From Eledone cirrhosa (Eukaryota), in NCBI GenBank assembly GCA_964016885.1, contig OZ024740.1, positions 144,026,001-144,090,000 of the forward strand: a stretch of 64,000 bases of DNA, read 5' to 3'. Positions 29,688 through 41,630 of this stretch are shown here, one piece after another. Made by a program: the position numbers and the translations under genes. How positions within the stretch are numbered: position 1 is the first letter of the stretch; every line of letters starts with the position of its first letter. The notes beneath the pieces were generated by a model. The model was given only the letters and a program-made list of their open reading frames with translations, had not been told where the DNA came from and searched no databases.

Positions 29688-31492
29688 ATCATCATCATCA
29701 TCATCAGTGTTTAACGTCCGTGTTCCACGCTTGCATGGGTTTGGACGGGGGTAGTCCCACTTGAGGCAAGAGTGATTGTCTTGCTCGCATAGGACTGTCT
29801 GGCAGGTTTTCTACAGTTGGATGCCCTTCCTAACACCAACCACATTTACAGTGTGGGTCTGGGAGGTTTTTACCGTGTTGCCTACACGGCCACATTACAG
29901 CGTGGACTGTGTGTTTTTTTGTCGTGACACCTACACGATCTCATTTGTTTCGGCCTCGATGGCGCGGCACCAACATAACTTTACATAGAACGGGGTGGTG
30001 TGGATCGGGTGGGGGTGGTGGGACGGGGTGTATTTGTTAGAGATGCCTACTGGCTGGAGTAGGTTTTACTATATATTTAGGTAAGGCGGGTCTTCTCTGT
30101 TACTGAGTACCGCCAAAGGTCTCGGTCCAGTGACATTGTCTTGGAGAGGTGTAAGTGTGTGATGTCGGAGTTTATCAGCTCGTCCCAGGTTTTTCTAGGT
30201 CTGCCTATTCCGTGACTACCGTCTATCTTTATTGCCCTGCACTTTGTTATACAGCTATCGACTTTCATGCGCATCACGTGTCCATACCAACGTAGCCTTC
30301 TCTCGAGTAAACAACATCTGATCCCTCTTATCTCTAATTTATTCCTTAGTTCGTTTATGCTTTGCCGTTCACGTATATTACTGTTACACATCCAGCGGAG
30401 CATGCAAGCTTCGTTCCTCTCTAGTCTGCGTATATCCTCTGCACACAATGCCCAGGTCTCACTGCCATGCAGCATTGCTGTTCGTATGCAGGCATCGTAC
30501 AACCTGCCTTTCATTTTTAGTGAGAACCCTTTAGCAGCTAATAGTGGTATAAGCTCTCTGAACTTTTTCCAACCAGTTCTGACTCTAGCTACAGTACTTT
30601 CAGAGCACCCTCCCCCACTGCTGATTTTATCGCCCAGGTAACGGAAGCTGTCCACTATTTCTATAGAACCCTCTGCGCAATTGAAAGAGCTAGTAGTTTG
30701 TGGGCACTTGCTGCTACTTATTGCACCAGAGCACCGGCCACATGTAAAATCTATGTTCTTAGTTAGCCTACCTGTGATCCCACTACATCTTTTATGCACC
30801 CATACTTTGCATTTAGGACATAAAATGGAGTTTCTACCTACGCCTTTCCTACACACCGAGCACGACCATTTCCCAGAAGGGACCGCCGCCTTGTTTTCTT
30901 TCCTACAAACTAGTACTTTGGTCTTAGCCAGGTTAATTTTAAGTCCTTTTGACTCTAGGCCGTGCTTCCATGTTTGGAATTTCTTCTCTAGCTCGGCCAT
31001 TGATTCCGCTATGAGTGTCAGGTCGTCTGCGTATAGGAGTTCCCATGGGCAGCCTGTCTTGAACTCCTCTGTTATGGCCTGAAGGGCAATAATAAATAGT
31101 AGTGGACTGAGAACAGAGCCCTGATGGACGCCGACTTTTACGCTAAACTCTTCACTATATTCGTTGTTAATTCTAACCTTGCTGACTGTTTCTTTATACA
31201 TGGCTTGTATAGCCCTCACAAGCCATTCGTCAACGCCTAGTTTTCTAAGAGCCCACCAGATAATGGAGCGGGGGACTCTGTCGAAGGCTTTCTCCAAGTC
31301 GACAAAAGCTAAGTAGAGGGGTTTACCTTTAGCTAGGTACTTCTCTTGTAGTTGTCGTACTATGAAAAGAGCGTCTGTGGTACTTTTGCCTGACACAAAC
31401 CCGAACTGCATTTCATCTAGGTCAATTCTCTCTCTGATTAGTTGCGCTATTACTCTTTCCGTGACCTTCATGACCTGGTCGATTAATTTAAT
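29688..31492 (-). mobile_element. RTE family A, 5'-truncated, open RT-PHD ORF
   Basis: 472-aa uninterrupted ORF with RT motifs; (GAT)n tail. Confidence 0.93.
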
Positions 31493-32391
31493 CATATATA
31501 TATATATACATATATATAAATATATATACTTATATGTGTGTATATATATGTGTATGTGTGTGTGTTTTTACATCAATATTTTTTACATTCTTATTTTTAT
31601 GTGTGGGCATGTAAGCGGGTCAACGTGTGTGTGTATGTGTGTGTGTACGTACTGAATGTATGGATGTGTAAGTGTGTGTATGTATATATTTATGTGTGTA
31701 TGTGTGTGTGAGTATAAAGTACGTACGCGTGATTAGTTATACATGGGGCGAGGTGTATGTATGTATATGTGTGCATCCTGTGTGTGTATGTATACTTGCA
31801 TACGCTTTTGTCTACACGTTTTGTGTGTATATATATATATATTTTTTATAGATATACGTTTCTTATAGATATATGTGTGTATGTACGCGTGTACCTTGTT
31901 TGTTTTCTTTACTTCGCAATTTTTTTTCTTTCTAAAATATTGTTCCATTTTTATAAACATATCGAGAATGATACTTTCTTTTTACTATTACACTCCCTTA
32001 CCTCTTTTTCTTCCACATATAAGTGTACGCGCGTGTGTGTGTGTGTTTATACGCGTGCCTTCATATTCTTATAATGTATCTAATACCCTGATTTTCTGTA
32101 TACCTGTCAACCGGACATTCATGTCTGTGTCTGTAGTTACATATACACAGATATACTTACCCTCATATATATATTTACGCACACATTTTCACTATACACA
32201 CACATTTGTACATACATATTTATGTACATCTGTGAGTGTATATACATACATATCCACACACCTAACTATATTTCTTTAAAAAATTTTTAATATATTTTAT
32301 ATATCTATTGTATTACCTTCACCTATATTTACATAATTTTTTTTTTTTGCATTTCTTGAGGAGACTTTCCAAATATTTAGCTATGTTTTAT

Positions 32392-32469
32392 ATTGCCTCG
32401 TCCGACGAACGAATGAAGAAGTTTCTTTCGTATTCGCATTATTCGGGAAACCTCTGGTAATGAGGTAAT
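32392..32469 (+). ncRNA. Type I hammerhead ribozyme (U4C core variant)
   Basis: attgcctcgt-CCGACGA-a cgaatga...ttattcg g-GAAA-cc tct gGTA-atgaggtaat; 10-bp stem I. Confidence 0.65.
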
Positions 32470-32572
32470 TATATTGTATTGTTGTTTTTTATACATTAAA
32501 TTTTGCTCTGGTACTTACATAGAGCACTCTTCACTCCTATGACTTTTTCTGTTTTCAACGGAAACTTCAATA

Positions 32573-32614
<42 letters not shown>

Positions 32615-32643
32615 CATACATATAAACATATATATATATAAAC

Positions 32644-32680
<37 letters not shown>

Positions 32681-32811
32681 CATATATATATAAACATATA
32701 TATATATACATATATATATAAACATATATATATATACATATATATATAAACATATATATATATACATATATATATAAACATATATATATACATATATATA
32801 TAAACATATAT

Positions 32812-34654
32812 ATCATCATCAACGTTTAACGTCCGTGTTCCACGCTTGCATGGGTTTGGACGGGGGTAGTCCCACTTGAAGCAAGAGTGATTGTCTTGCT
32901 CGCATAGGACTGTCTGGCAGGTTTTCTACAGTTGGATGCCCTTCCTAACACCAACCACATTTACAGTGTGGGTCTGGGAGGTTTTTACCGTGTTGCCTAC
33001 ACGGCCACATTACAGCGTGGACTGTGTGTTTTTTTGTCGTGACACCTACACGATCTCATTTGTTTCGGCCTCGATGGCGCGGCACCAACATAACTTTACA
33101 TAGAACGGGGTGGTGTGGATGGGGTGGGGGTGGTGGTGGTGGGACGGGGTGTATTTTGTTAAAGATGCCTACTGGCTGGAGTAGGTTTTACTATATATTT
33201 AGGTAAGGCGGGTCTTCTCTGTTACTGAGTACCGCCAAAGGTCTCGGTCCAGTGACATTGTCTTGGTGAGGTGTAAGTGTGTGAGGTCGGAATTTCTCAG
33301 CTCGTCCCAGGTCTTTCTGGGTCTGCCTATTCCGTGGCTACCGTCTATCTTTATTGCCCTGCACTTTGTTACACAGCTATCGTTTTTCATGCGCATCACG
33401 TGACCATACCAACGTAGCCTTCTCTCGAGTAAACAACATCTGATCCCTCTTATTTCTAATTTTTTCCTTAGTTCGTTTATGCTTTGCCGTTCACGTATAT
33501 TACTATTACACATCCAGCGGAGCATGCAAGCTACCTGGACACAAAATGGAGTTTCTACCTACGCCTTTCCTACACACTGAGCATGGCCACTTCCCGGAAG
33601 GGACCGCCGCCTTATTTTCTTTCTTACAAACTAGAACTTTAGTCTTAGCCAGGTTAATTTTAAGGCCTTCTGATTCTAGGCCGTGCTTCCATGTTTGGAA
33701 TTTCTTCTCTAGCTCGACCATTGATTCAGCTATGAGTGTTAGGTCATCTGCGTATAGGAGTTCCCATGGGCAATCGGCCTTGAACTCCTCTGTTATAGCC
33801 TGAAGGGCAATAATAAATAGTAGGGAGCTGAGAACAGAGCCCTGATGGACGCCAACTTTTACGCTAAACTCTTCACTATATTCGTTGTTAATTCTAACCT
33901 TGCTCACTGTTTCTTTATACATGGCTTGTATAGCTCTCACAAGCCATTCTTCAACACCTAGTTTTCTAAGAGCCCACCAGATAATGGAACGGGGGACTCT
34001 GTCGAAGGCTTTCTCCAAGTCGACAAAAGCTAAGTATAGGGGTTTACTTTTAGCTAGGTACTTCTCCTGTAGTTGTCGTACAATTAAAAAAGCGTCTGTG
34101 GTACTTTTGCCTGACACAAACCCGAACTGCATTTCATCTAGATCAATTCTCTCTCTGATTAGTTGCGCTATTACTTTTTCCGTGACCTTCATGACCTGGT
34201 CGATTAATTTAATGCCTCTATAGTTACACCTATCTAGGGCATCTCCTTTACCCTTGTAACAGTTAATGATGATGCTGCTATGCCAGTCCTTCGGAACAAC
34301 CCCATTCTGTATGACTTGGTTTACTATCCGGGTGACCATAGTGTGTCCCACCGTTCCAGAGGCTTTCAGCATCTCAGCAACTATTTCCGAAGGCCCAGCC
34401 GCCTTACCCGTCTTCATATCTTTGATTGCCTTACTTATTATACTACCTTTGACTAACACTGCTGGTCCCTCTATTGGGTCAATGTGGGGGAGACTGTCTT
34501 TCTCCCATTTGTTCTCCTCATTTAGAAGCCTTTCGTAGTGACACTTCCAAGCTACATTCTTATCAGCGTCAGTGATGGCAAGTATGCCATCATCATTAAG
34601 TACACACTTCTCCCCGACAATATCACGGTTTTCCTTGACACATTGCCTAGCAAT
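32812..34654 (-). mobile_element. RTE family A, 5'-truncated, internal deletion from the PHD finger to the thumb
   Basis: RT motifs; junction ILCP|GSLH at ~33530; 3' UTR and tail. Confidence 0.92.
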
Positions 34655-35571
34655 GGTACCCGGCATTGCACAGGATAAGGTATTTTGGAACGCGGGCCAC
34701 CAACAGACCTAATCGTAGAAAAACTGCATGCGTGGACAATATGTAAAGAAAATAAACCGAAAACTCTGGTGGCTGGATAATCTTTAAGATTTTCCTCGAT
34801 GAAGCAGGAAAAAATGCAGGTTTTCACCTAATGGGGGCCCTAGTGGATCAAGAAAATGAATTTTTTTTATGTGCATAATATGCCTTGAAATTTTGGGAAA
34901 ATCAGCTAGACGTAACGCCTAAAAAACCCCCCGAAAAAGCTGCAAAATGAAGTTTTTCACCTAATGCGAGCCCTAGGCCATAAAAAAGTTGGATTTTCTT
35001 TGCTCACGGTATGAAGAAGAGACTGACTAACACATAGTTACAATTTCAAGGAAATCAGTCTGACGTAACAACTAAAAAAAACCTAAAAACCTAAAAAAAA
35101 ACGCAGTTTTTCACCTAGATCAAAAAGTTGAATTTTTATGTGCATAACACTCCCTGAAATATAAGTAATACACATGTAAAGTATGAAATAAAATCGGTTG
35201 GGTACTTCTCGAATTTTAGGGATTCAAACTCACAGACAGACACACACAGACACAGACAGACATTCTCAGGGAAGTGACGTAATGCAGACAGTCAGGCATA
35301 CAGAGAGATATTATAAGGGCGCGACGTTATATGTATGTATCTATCTAAAAAGAGAGAGACTAAGAATTATAGAGAGGGATCGCTAAATCGCCTAATGCGG
35401 TCCCTAGGGCATTGAAACTTTAAAATTTTTTTTTGCTCAGAACACTCCCTCAAACATAAGTATTACATGTGTAAAGTTTGAAAACAGTCGGTTGGGTGGT
35501 TCTTGAGTTTTAGGGTTCAAACTCACTCACACACACACACAGACAGACATCCTCAGTTTTATATATATAGA
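34647..35571 (-). mobile_element. Non-autonomous Helitron-like element
   Basis: Minus-strand 5' TCTATATATATAAAA; 3' GC-rich hairpin followed by CTAG. Confidence 0.65.
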
Positions 35572-36096
35572 CTAGCAGAAAACCACCCGGTGGGCAGTTT
35601 TCTGCTAGCAAATCTAGTGTATATACTGATATTGTTGAGATTTGGATGAGAAATGTTTTCGGCACCACATGTTCACCGTCTCTTGGTGTGTCTTTTATGC
35701 ATGTATAAATATATATGTTATCTATACGGTGAAATCTTTGAAATAAATATATGTTAAAACGAAAAAGGAGAAAAAGAGATTAGTGACGGAAATATAAACG
35801 TTATGATATAACGATGGAAATATATCTTCAAATGGTCCTTGGCATGGTGTCAAGTCAGAACCCCCTCGAACTGGTTACTTCTGGCTTGTGCAAGGTGTCT
35901 CTATAGCAACCAGCGATTCCCTCGGCCTCAGTGACCAAAGTCAGTGGAGAGGGGAAGGTAATGTTTCTATAGCGACAGTGTTTCTCTTGGTAGTACCAAA
36001 GTGGAGAAAGGAAGGGGAAGGTAATATTTCTGTAGCACCTACATTTGAGTTTTAGGGAACGACAGACAGACAGACAAACAGAGAAATGCCCATATA

Positions 36097-36157
<61 letters not shown>

Positions 36158-36963
36158 CATACACAGAAATGTATATAAATTTCTGTGTGTGTATATATTA
36201 CACACACAGAAATGTATATATATTTCTGCGTGTATATATATATATATATTACACACACAGAATGTATATATATTTCTGTGTGTATATATATATATTTCTG
36301 TGTGTGTTTATATATTTCTGTGTGCGTATATATACATATATATATATTACACACACAGAAATGTATATATATTTCTTAGAACAAAATTATTATTAATGTT
36401 TTGCTGTTCATAACAATTGGAATTGAAAAATTACTTTTGAAATTATTAGTTATTTTACTAATGCTTAGATATGTAAAAATGAAGCAATGTTTCTAATAAT
36501 TGTTTCTACTTTTGCACAAGGCCAGCAATTACCCAGTACATTACTGGTACTTTATTTTATCGACCCCGTGAGGATGAAAGGCAAAGTTAACCTCGGCGGT
36601 ATTTGAACTCAGACCGTAAAGGGACGTAACTCCATGTTATGAAGCATGGTGTCCGACTCTCTACAGATTCTGCCAATCCACCGCCCTAATGTCTGTATGT
36701 AATGAGTGAGAGGGGAGAGAAAGAAAGGCAGAGGTGAAGTGACGAAGTGACTCTCTCCTCCTCCTCCATCTCCCCATTCCTCGCAGCGATAGAGGGGAGG
36801 AATGTTAGTGTGTTACAAAGAGAAAGAGTGAGAGTGAGAGAAACAGACAGACTAAAAGAGAGGGATAGTTGGAGAGAGAGAGAGAAATAGCAACCACGCG
36901 TGCACGTGTTTCCACTGTCGGACAGACAGACAGAGAAATTGCTGGTTATATATTATAAGGAGA
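35572..36963 (-). mobile_element. Non-autonomous Helitron-like element with internal minisatellite and SINE
   Basis: 5' TCTCCTTATAAT; 3' palindrome ending in CTAG, joined directly to the TC of the next unit. Confidence 0.6.
36495..36686 (-). mobile_element. tRNA-derived Nin/Deu-domain SINE
   Basis: GAGTTCAAAT B box; GCCTTTCATCC..GGGGTCGATAAAATAAAGTACCAG core; many copies in the window. Confidence 0.8.
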
Positions 36964-37485
36964 CTAGCAGAAAACCACCCGTGGGCGGTTTTCTGCTAGT
37001 CTATATATCTAAAACAGAGAATGTCTGTCTGTCTGTCAGCTCACTAAAACTTGAGAACCATCCAACCGATTGTTTTCAAACTTTAGACATGTAATACTTA
37101 TGGTCCTGTGAGTGTTTTGAGCAAACATTATTTCAAATTTTCAATGCCCTAGGGACCGCATTAGGCGATTTAGCGTTCTCTCTATATAATTCTTAGTCTT
37201 TCTTTTTAGATAGATACATTGATATAACGTTGCGCCCTTATAATATCTGTCTGTATGTCTGGCTGTCTGCATTACGTCATTATGACGCGCTCAGTGTGTG
37301 TGTGTATATATATGTGTATCGTAATGCAGACAGCAAGACATAGCTTTCCTTCCTCTCTTCCAGCGTCTCTTTCTCTCCCTCCCGCTATCCCCCTCTTGTA
37401 GTCTGTCTCTTTCTTTCACTCTCACTCTCTCTCTACGCGTCGGACAGACAGACAGAGAAATTGCTGGTTATATATTATAAGGAGA
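36964..37485 (-). mobile_element. Non-autonomous Helitron-like element containing an inverted second 5' end
   Basis: Same 5' end as the unit ending at 36963; 37000-37290 is an inverted homologue of ~35270-35571. Confidence 0.6.
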
Positions 37486-37556
37486 TATTTCAAGGGTAAC
37501 CAAGACAACATTGGTACGCTTTCATCAGATAAAATACAAAGTTTGTTTTATAAATA
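37486..37556 (-). ncRNA. Hammerhead ribozyme truncated in stem III by the Helitron array
   Basis: Minus strand reads atttataaaaca..tgtattttat-CTGATGA-stem II-GAAA-ta|TCTCC; same upstream flank as the HHR at 17129. Confidence 0.6.
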
Positions 37557-38736
37557 GAGACATACCCATGAAAATCATACCTTATCGGTTGGAAATTCAC
37601 TGGATAGTGGAAATATATTAAGGATTATTCAAATTTATGTGTGAATATGCAAATGAATATGTAAATAATTGAAAAACAACCATTTATTTAAATGATACTG
37701 GAGAAAGAGAGAGAAAAAATAAAAAATATTACGAGAGAGATAGAGAGAAGAAATTAACAAGAGGATGAATAGAACTCATGTAACGTTAATTTGGGGGAAT
37801 ATATTCTAAGTATATATCTACTAATGGTACGTGTATTTACGATTAATTAGTTGTTAAAATTCTTTTCAAATATAATATTTACTGTTATAAGTAGATAGAA
37901 AAATAGATAGAAAAATAAATAGAAAAATAAATCAATAAATAGATAAATATATAAATAGATAAATAAATGGATAGATGGGTATATCGTGTTATAGATAATT
38001 GTTTTAATGAGTTATGAGGAATATTGGTTTTATATTTAATGTAAGTAAATATTAAGTTAAATTAAATTAAGTTAACTGAGTTAATAAGAATATTTATATT
38101 TATATATTTTAAAATGGGAAGATACGGAAAAAAACTCCAGTTTTGTTTATTTATTCGTTAGTATGAGATTATTTTGTCAAAATAAGTATAAATGTTGAAA
38201 GATAGATTTATAACCACTTCAGGCTAAATATAATAAAAGATATTAAAAAATTTTATTAAAAAATATTAAAAATTTGGGAAAATTAAAAAAAAAAAATTTA
38301 TAAGAGATAAGTAATTTTTAAAAATAAAATATTTAAGAAAAAAAATAAAAATAAATAAAGAATTAAAAAATATTAAAATTAAAATTAAAAATTAAAATTT
38401 AAAAATTAGAATCATATATGTATATATTTTAAGAAATTTTAAGAAGTGAAATTATAGCAAATATAGATATATGATTTAGAGATATCAATATATTAAAACC
38501 GAGTGGATAAGATTGTTATGGAAATAAGTAGAAATATTATAAGTGTAATTATAATTTATATATAGTTCTAAACGTTGAATTTAGGCAATGTCCACAAGAA
38601 CTAAATAAATTTGTCCTTACATTAATAGAGTTCTTACATTTAAGTATGAAAAAAAAAATAATCAGTTGAGTGCTCTAAATCAGTTATAAACATTTATGTT
38701 TGTCAGACTTCCAACAAATTAAATACAACTTCTACT

Positions 38737-38767
<31 letters not shown>

Positions 38768-38787
38768 ACAAGGATTTAAATTAAGTC

Positions 38788-38871
38788 ATTTAATTGATTT
38801 ATGACCGTTTCATTAAAATAACTGGAATATTCAATTCCTGTTAATAATGAGCTCATGAGAATCAATTAAAT
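38788..38871 (-). ncRNA. Degenerate hammerhead ribozyme
   Basis: Minus strand reads atttaattgatt-CTCATGA-long stem II-GAAACGGTC-ata-aatcaattaaat; core G5C. Confidence 0.5.
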
Positions 38872-39136
38872 AATATTTACCCTACTTGTCCATAAAATTA
38901 TAATAGAAGTGAGAAAGGTATAGAAAAATCAAATGCTGTTGGGAAAATATAAAAATTTTATGGAAGCCTGAAACCCAATTAAAGTTTATCAGTAATAGAA
39001 ATATAATGTTCAGTAACTAAAGATATTATACCACCTGTTATACACTGATACATATATACTACAAACCAATTAGAGTTATAGGTATACAAATCGAACATAT
39101 AAGTTTAATAACACTTGTTAATTGAAATTATGAAAT

Positions 39137-39280
39137 AAATAATTGTTTCTACTTTTGGCACAAGGCCAGCAATTATCCCAGTACATTACTGGTACTTTAT
39201 TTTATCGACCCCGTAAGGATGAAAGGCAAAGTTAACCTCGGCGGGAATTGAACTCAAATCGTAAAGGGACGTAACTATGC
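39137..39280 (-). mobile_element. Nin/Deu-domain SINE, 5'-truncated
   Basis: Matches the other copies. Confidence 0.8.
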
Positions 39281-39351
39281 TGGAAAATAAATAATAGAAT
39301 ATATTAGGGAAAACAATACAAAATTATGGAAGCATAATTCAGTCATAAATA

Positions 39352-39787
39352 TGTAGTGAAATCTGTCCACGCCTTGAACCTTGGGTGACACCTAGAAGTT
39401 AAATTCTAGGTCACCATCCTTTTCGGCGTGGGCGATCCCTCGAGGCAGGGAGACAGAAATCGACAGGTATATAAAGCCTACATTTTCCCACTTTTTACAC
39501 AGAGATCGGAGCATTACACTTGCAAATAGCTATGTGAAAGATTCACTACTACCTACAGGCCTCTGAGGTCTACAGACAACCGCAGACCATTACTCTCTCT
39601 CTCCTGGTCTAAGACTACAACCAGCCTCATGAACCAACAACGAAATAACATCGTCAACCTTCGCGACTCGTGGTAACTTGTTTATTGTTCTTTTTGACTG
39701 AAGAGAAGTAAACCTTTTCACCATATAAAGTAAATCAGCTATTCTTGTTATTTCATCTAACAACCACCACTAATACCCTTTGTTACA
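39352..39787 (+). mobile_element. Solo LTR (Gypsy-like)
   Basis: TGTA...TACA termini, 4-bp AATA target-site duplication, TATATAAA box at ~39468. Confidence 0.65.
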
Positions 39788-39932
39788 AATATACCTATAA
39801 TTAAGTGAAGGTCTAGTTACTAAGAAACTTATAACTAAAGATGTATTAACAGAGGCGATAGACTATTTTCAGAATAAAATAGTGATTAAAATATAGTATA
39901 AGTATAAAAGAAATCACACATTCATATTATCG

Positions 39933-40265
39933 TCATCATCAACATCATCATTTAACGCTAACATGGATTAGACAGGTTTATCCCATTTGAGGCAAGTTGG
40001 GTCGGGCGACCATGCGTCGCTCATATAGGACAGTTTCTGGCTGGTTTTCTACGGCTGGATGCCCTTCTTGACGGCAAGCACATTTACAGTGTGTGCTGGG
40101 TGCTTTTTCCCCGTATCTCTTACAATGTGGACTGGCTGCTTTTTGTTGTAACCTACATGACCACTTTACAGTGTGGGCTGGATGTTTTGTGGTACCAAAT
40201 TAACTTTACAAAGTAAGGGTGGTGTAGGCGGAAGTGGAAGGGAGATGTAGGGGGTGTGGGATGTA
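39933..40265 (-). mobile_element. Older diverged RTE-type 3' UTR fragment
   Basis: GGATGCCCTT motif, CACTGTAAA subrepeats and (GAT)n tail. Confidence 0.6.
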
Positions 40266-40280
40266 TATTGGATTAACATT

Positions 40281-40682
40281 CATCATCATCGTTTAACGTC
40301 CATCTTCCACGCTTGCATGGGTTTGGAAGGGAGTTTTCCCACTTGAGGCAAGATTGGTTGTCTTGCTCGTATAGGACTGTCTGGCGGGTTTTCTACGGCT
40401 GGATGCCCTTCCTAACACTAACCACGTTTACAGTGTGGGTCTGGGAGGTTTTTACCGTGTTACCTACACGGCCACATTACAGCGTAGACTGTGTGTTTTT
40501 TTGTCATGACACCTACACGACCTCATTTGTTTCGGACTGGATGTTGTGGTACCAACATAACTTCACATTGAAGGGGGTGGTGTGGATGGGGTGGGGGTAG
40601 TGGGACAGGGGTGTATTTTTGTTAGAGGTGCCTACTGACTGTAGGTTTCGCTTTGTACTTAGGCAAGGCAGGTCTTCTGTAT
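40281..40682 (-). mobile_element. RTE family A, 3' UTR only
   Basis: Matches the family A 3' UTR and tail. Confidence 0.85.
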
Positions 40683-40689
40683 TAAATAT

Positions 40690-41281
40690 ATCATCATCAT
40701 CATCATTTTACGTCCGCTTTTCCCTGCTTGCAAGGGTGGGACGGGTCTTATTCAGCACAGCATCTCTCCACTTGTCACGGTCCTTCGTCATCTCCACCGT
40801 GAGCTTCAAAGATCTGAGGTCTGTTCTCACCACCTCCGCCCATGTTTTTCGTGGTCTACCTCTACCACATCTTCCTTCAACTGGCATTTCCTGGCACTTC
40901 TTCACCCATCAGTCATCCTCCATGTGCATCACATGTCCATACCACCTCAGTCTCCTCTCCCGTACACTACATTCTATCCCTCTCAGAAAGTTTTTCTCTC
41001 AACACATCCATGCTGGGTCATTCACGCACATTTACACTGCACATCCAACGGAGCATGCTTGCCTCATTTCTCTCCAGCCGTCGCATATCCTCTGCAGTTG
41101 CTGCCCATGTCTCACTACCCTGCAGCATCACGCTCCTCACACAGGCATCATACAACCGGCCTTTCGTACGCAGGGAGTAACCCTTCTTCGTCAACAGAGG
41201 AAGCAGCTCTCTAAACTTCTTCCAACCCGTCCTTATTCTAGATACTATGGCCTCGGAACACCCTCCTCCCATGCTAATCTG
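40690..41281 (-). mobile_element. RTE family C 3' fragment
   Basis: [23 protein letters not shown] and tail. Confidence 0.88.
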
Positions 41282-41505
41282 ATATATATATATATATATA
41301 TATACTCACAAATATACATACATAAAATACAATATACAATATATATATAATCGCTCTGCTTATTTTTTCTCACCCACTAAATATTGACGCTTCTAATATT
41401 TAACCCTGTAGGTACGAGTATTGAGCACATCTGCACAAACTATTGGCAACTAAATATATATATCGCCTATCTTTCCTTTTCTCTCTCGATACTTAAACAT
41501 TCTAT

Positions 41506-41630
41506 TAATTGTTTCTACTTTAGGCATAAGGCCAGCAATTACCCAGTTCATTACTGGTACTTTATTTTATCGACCCCGTAAGGATGAAAGGCAAAGTTAA
41601 CCTCGGCGGGATTTGACTTTGCCTTTCATC
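41506..41630 (-). mobile_element. Nin/Deu SINE inserted in the PLE 5' repeat
   Basis: Flanked by duplicated CATTCTATTAAT (41498-41509 and 41631-41642). Confidence 0.82.

Noticed and set aside
36090-36375. CRISPR-like repeats (ACACAGAAAT / ATTTCTGTGT)
   Set aside because: Eukaryotic minisatellite with TA spacers; no unique spacers and no cas genes.
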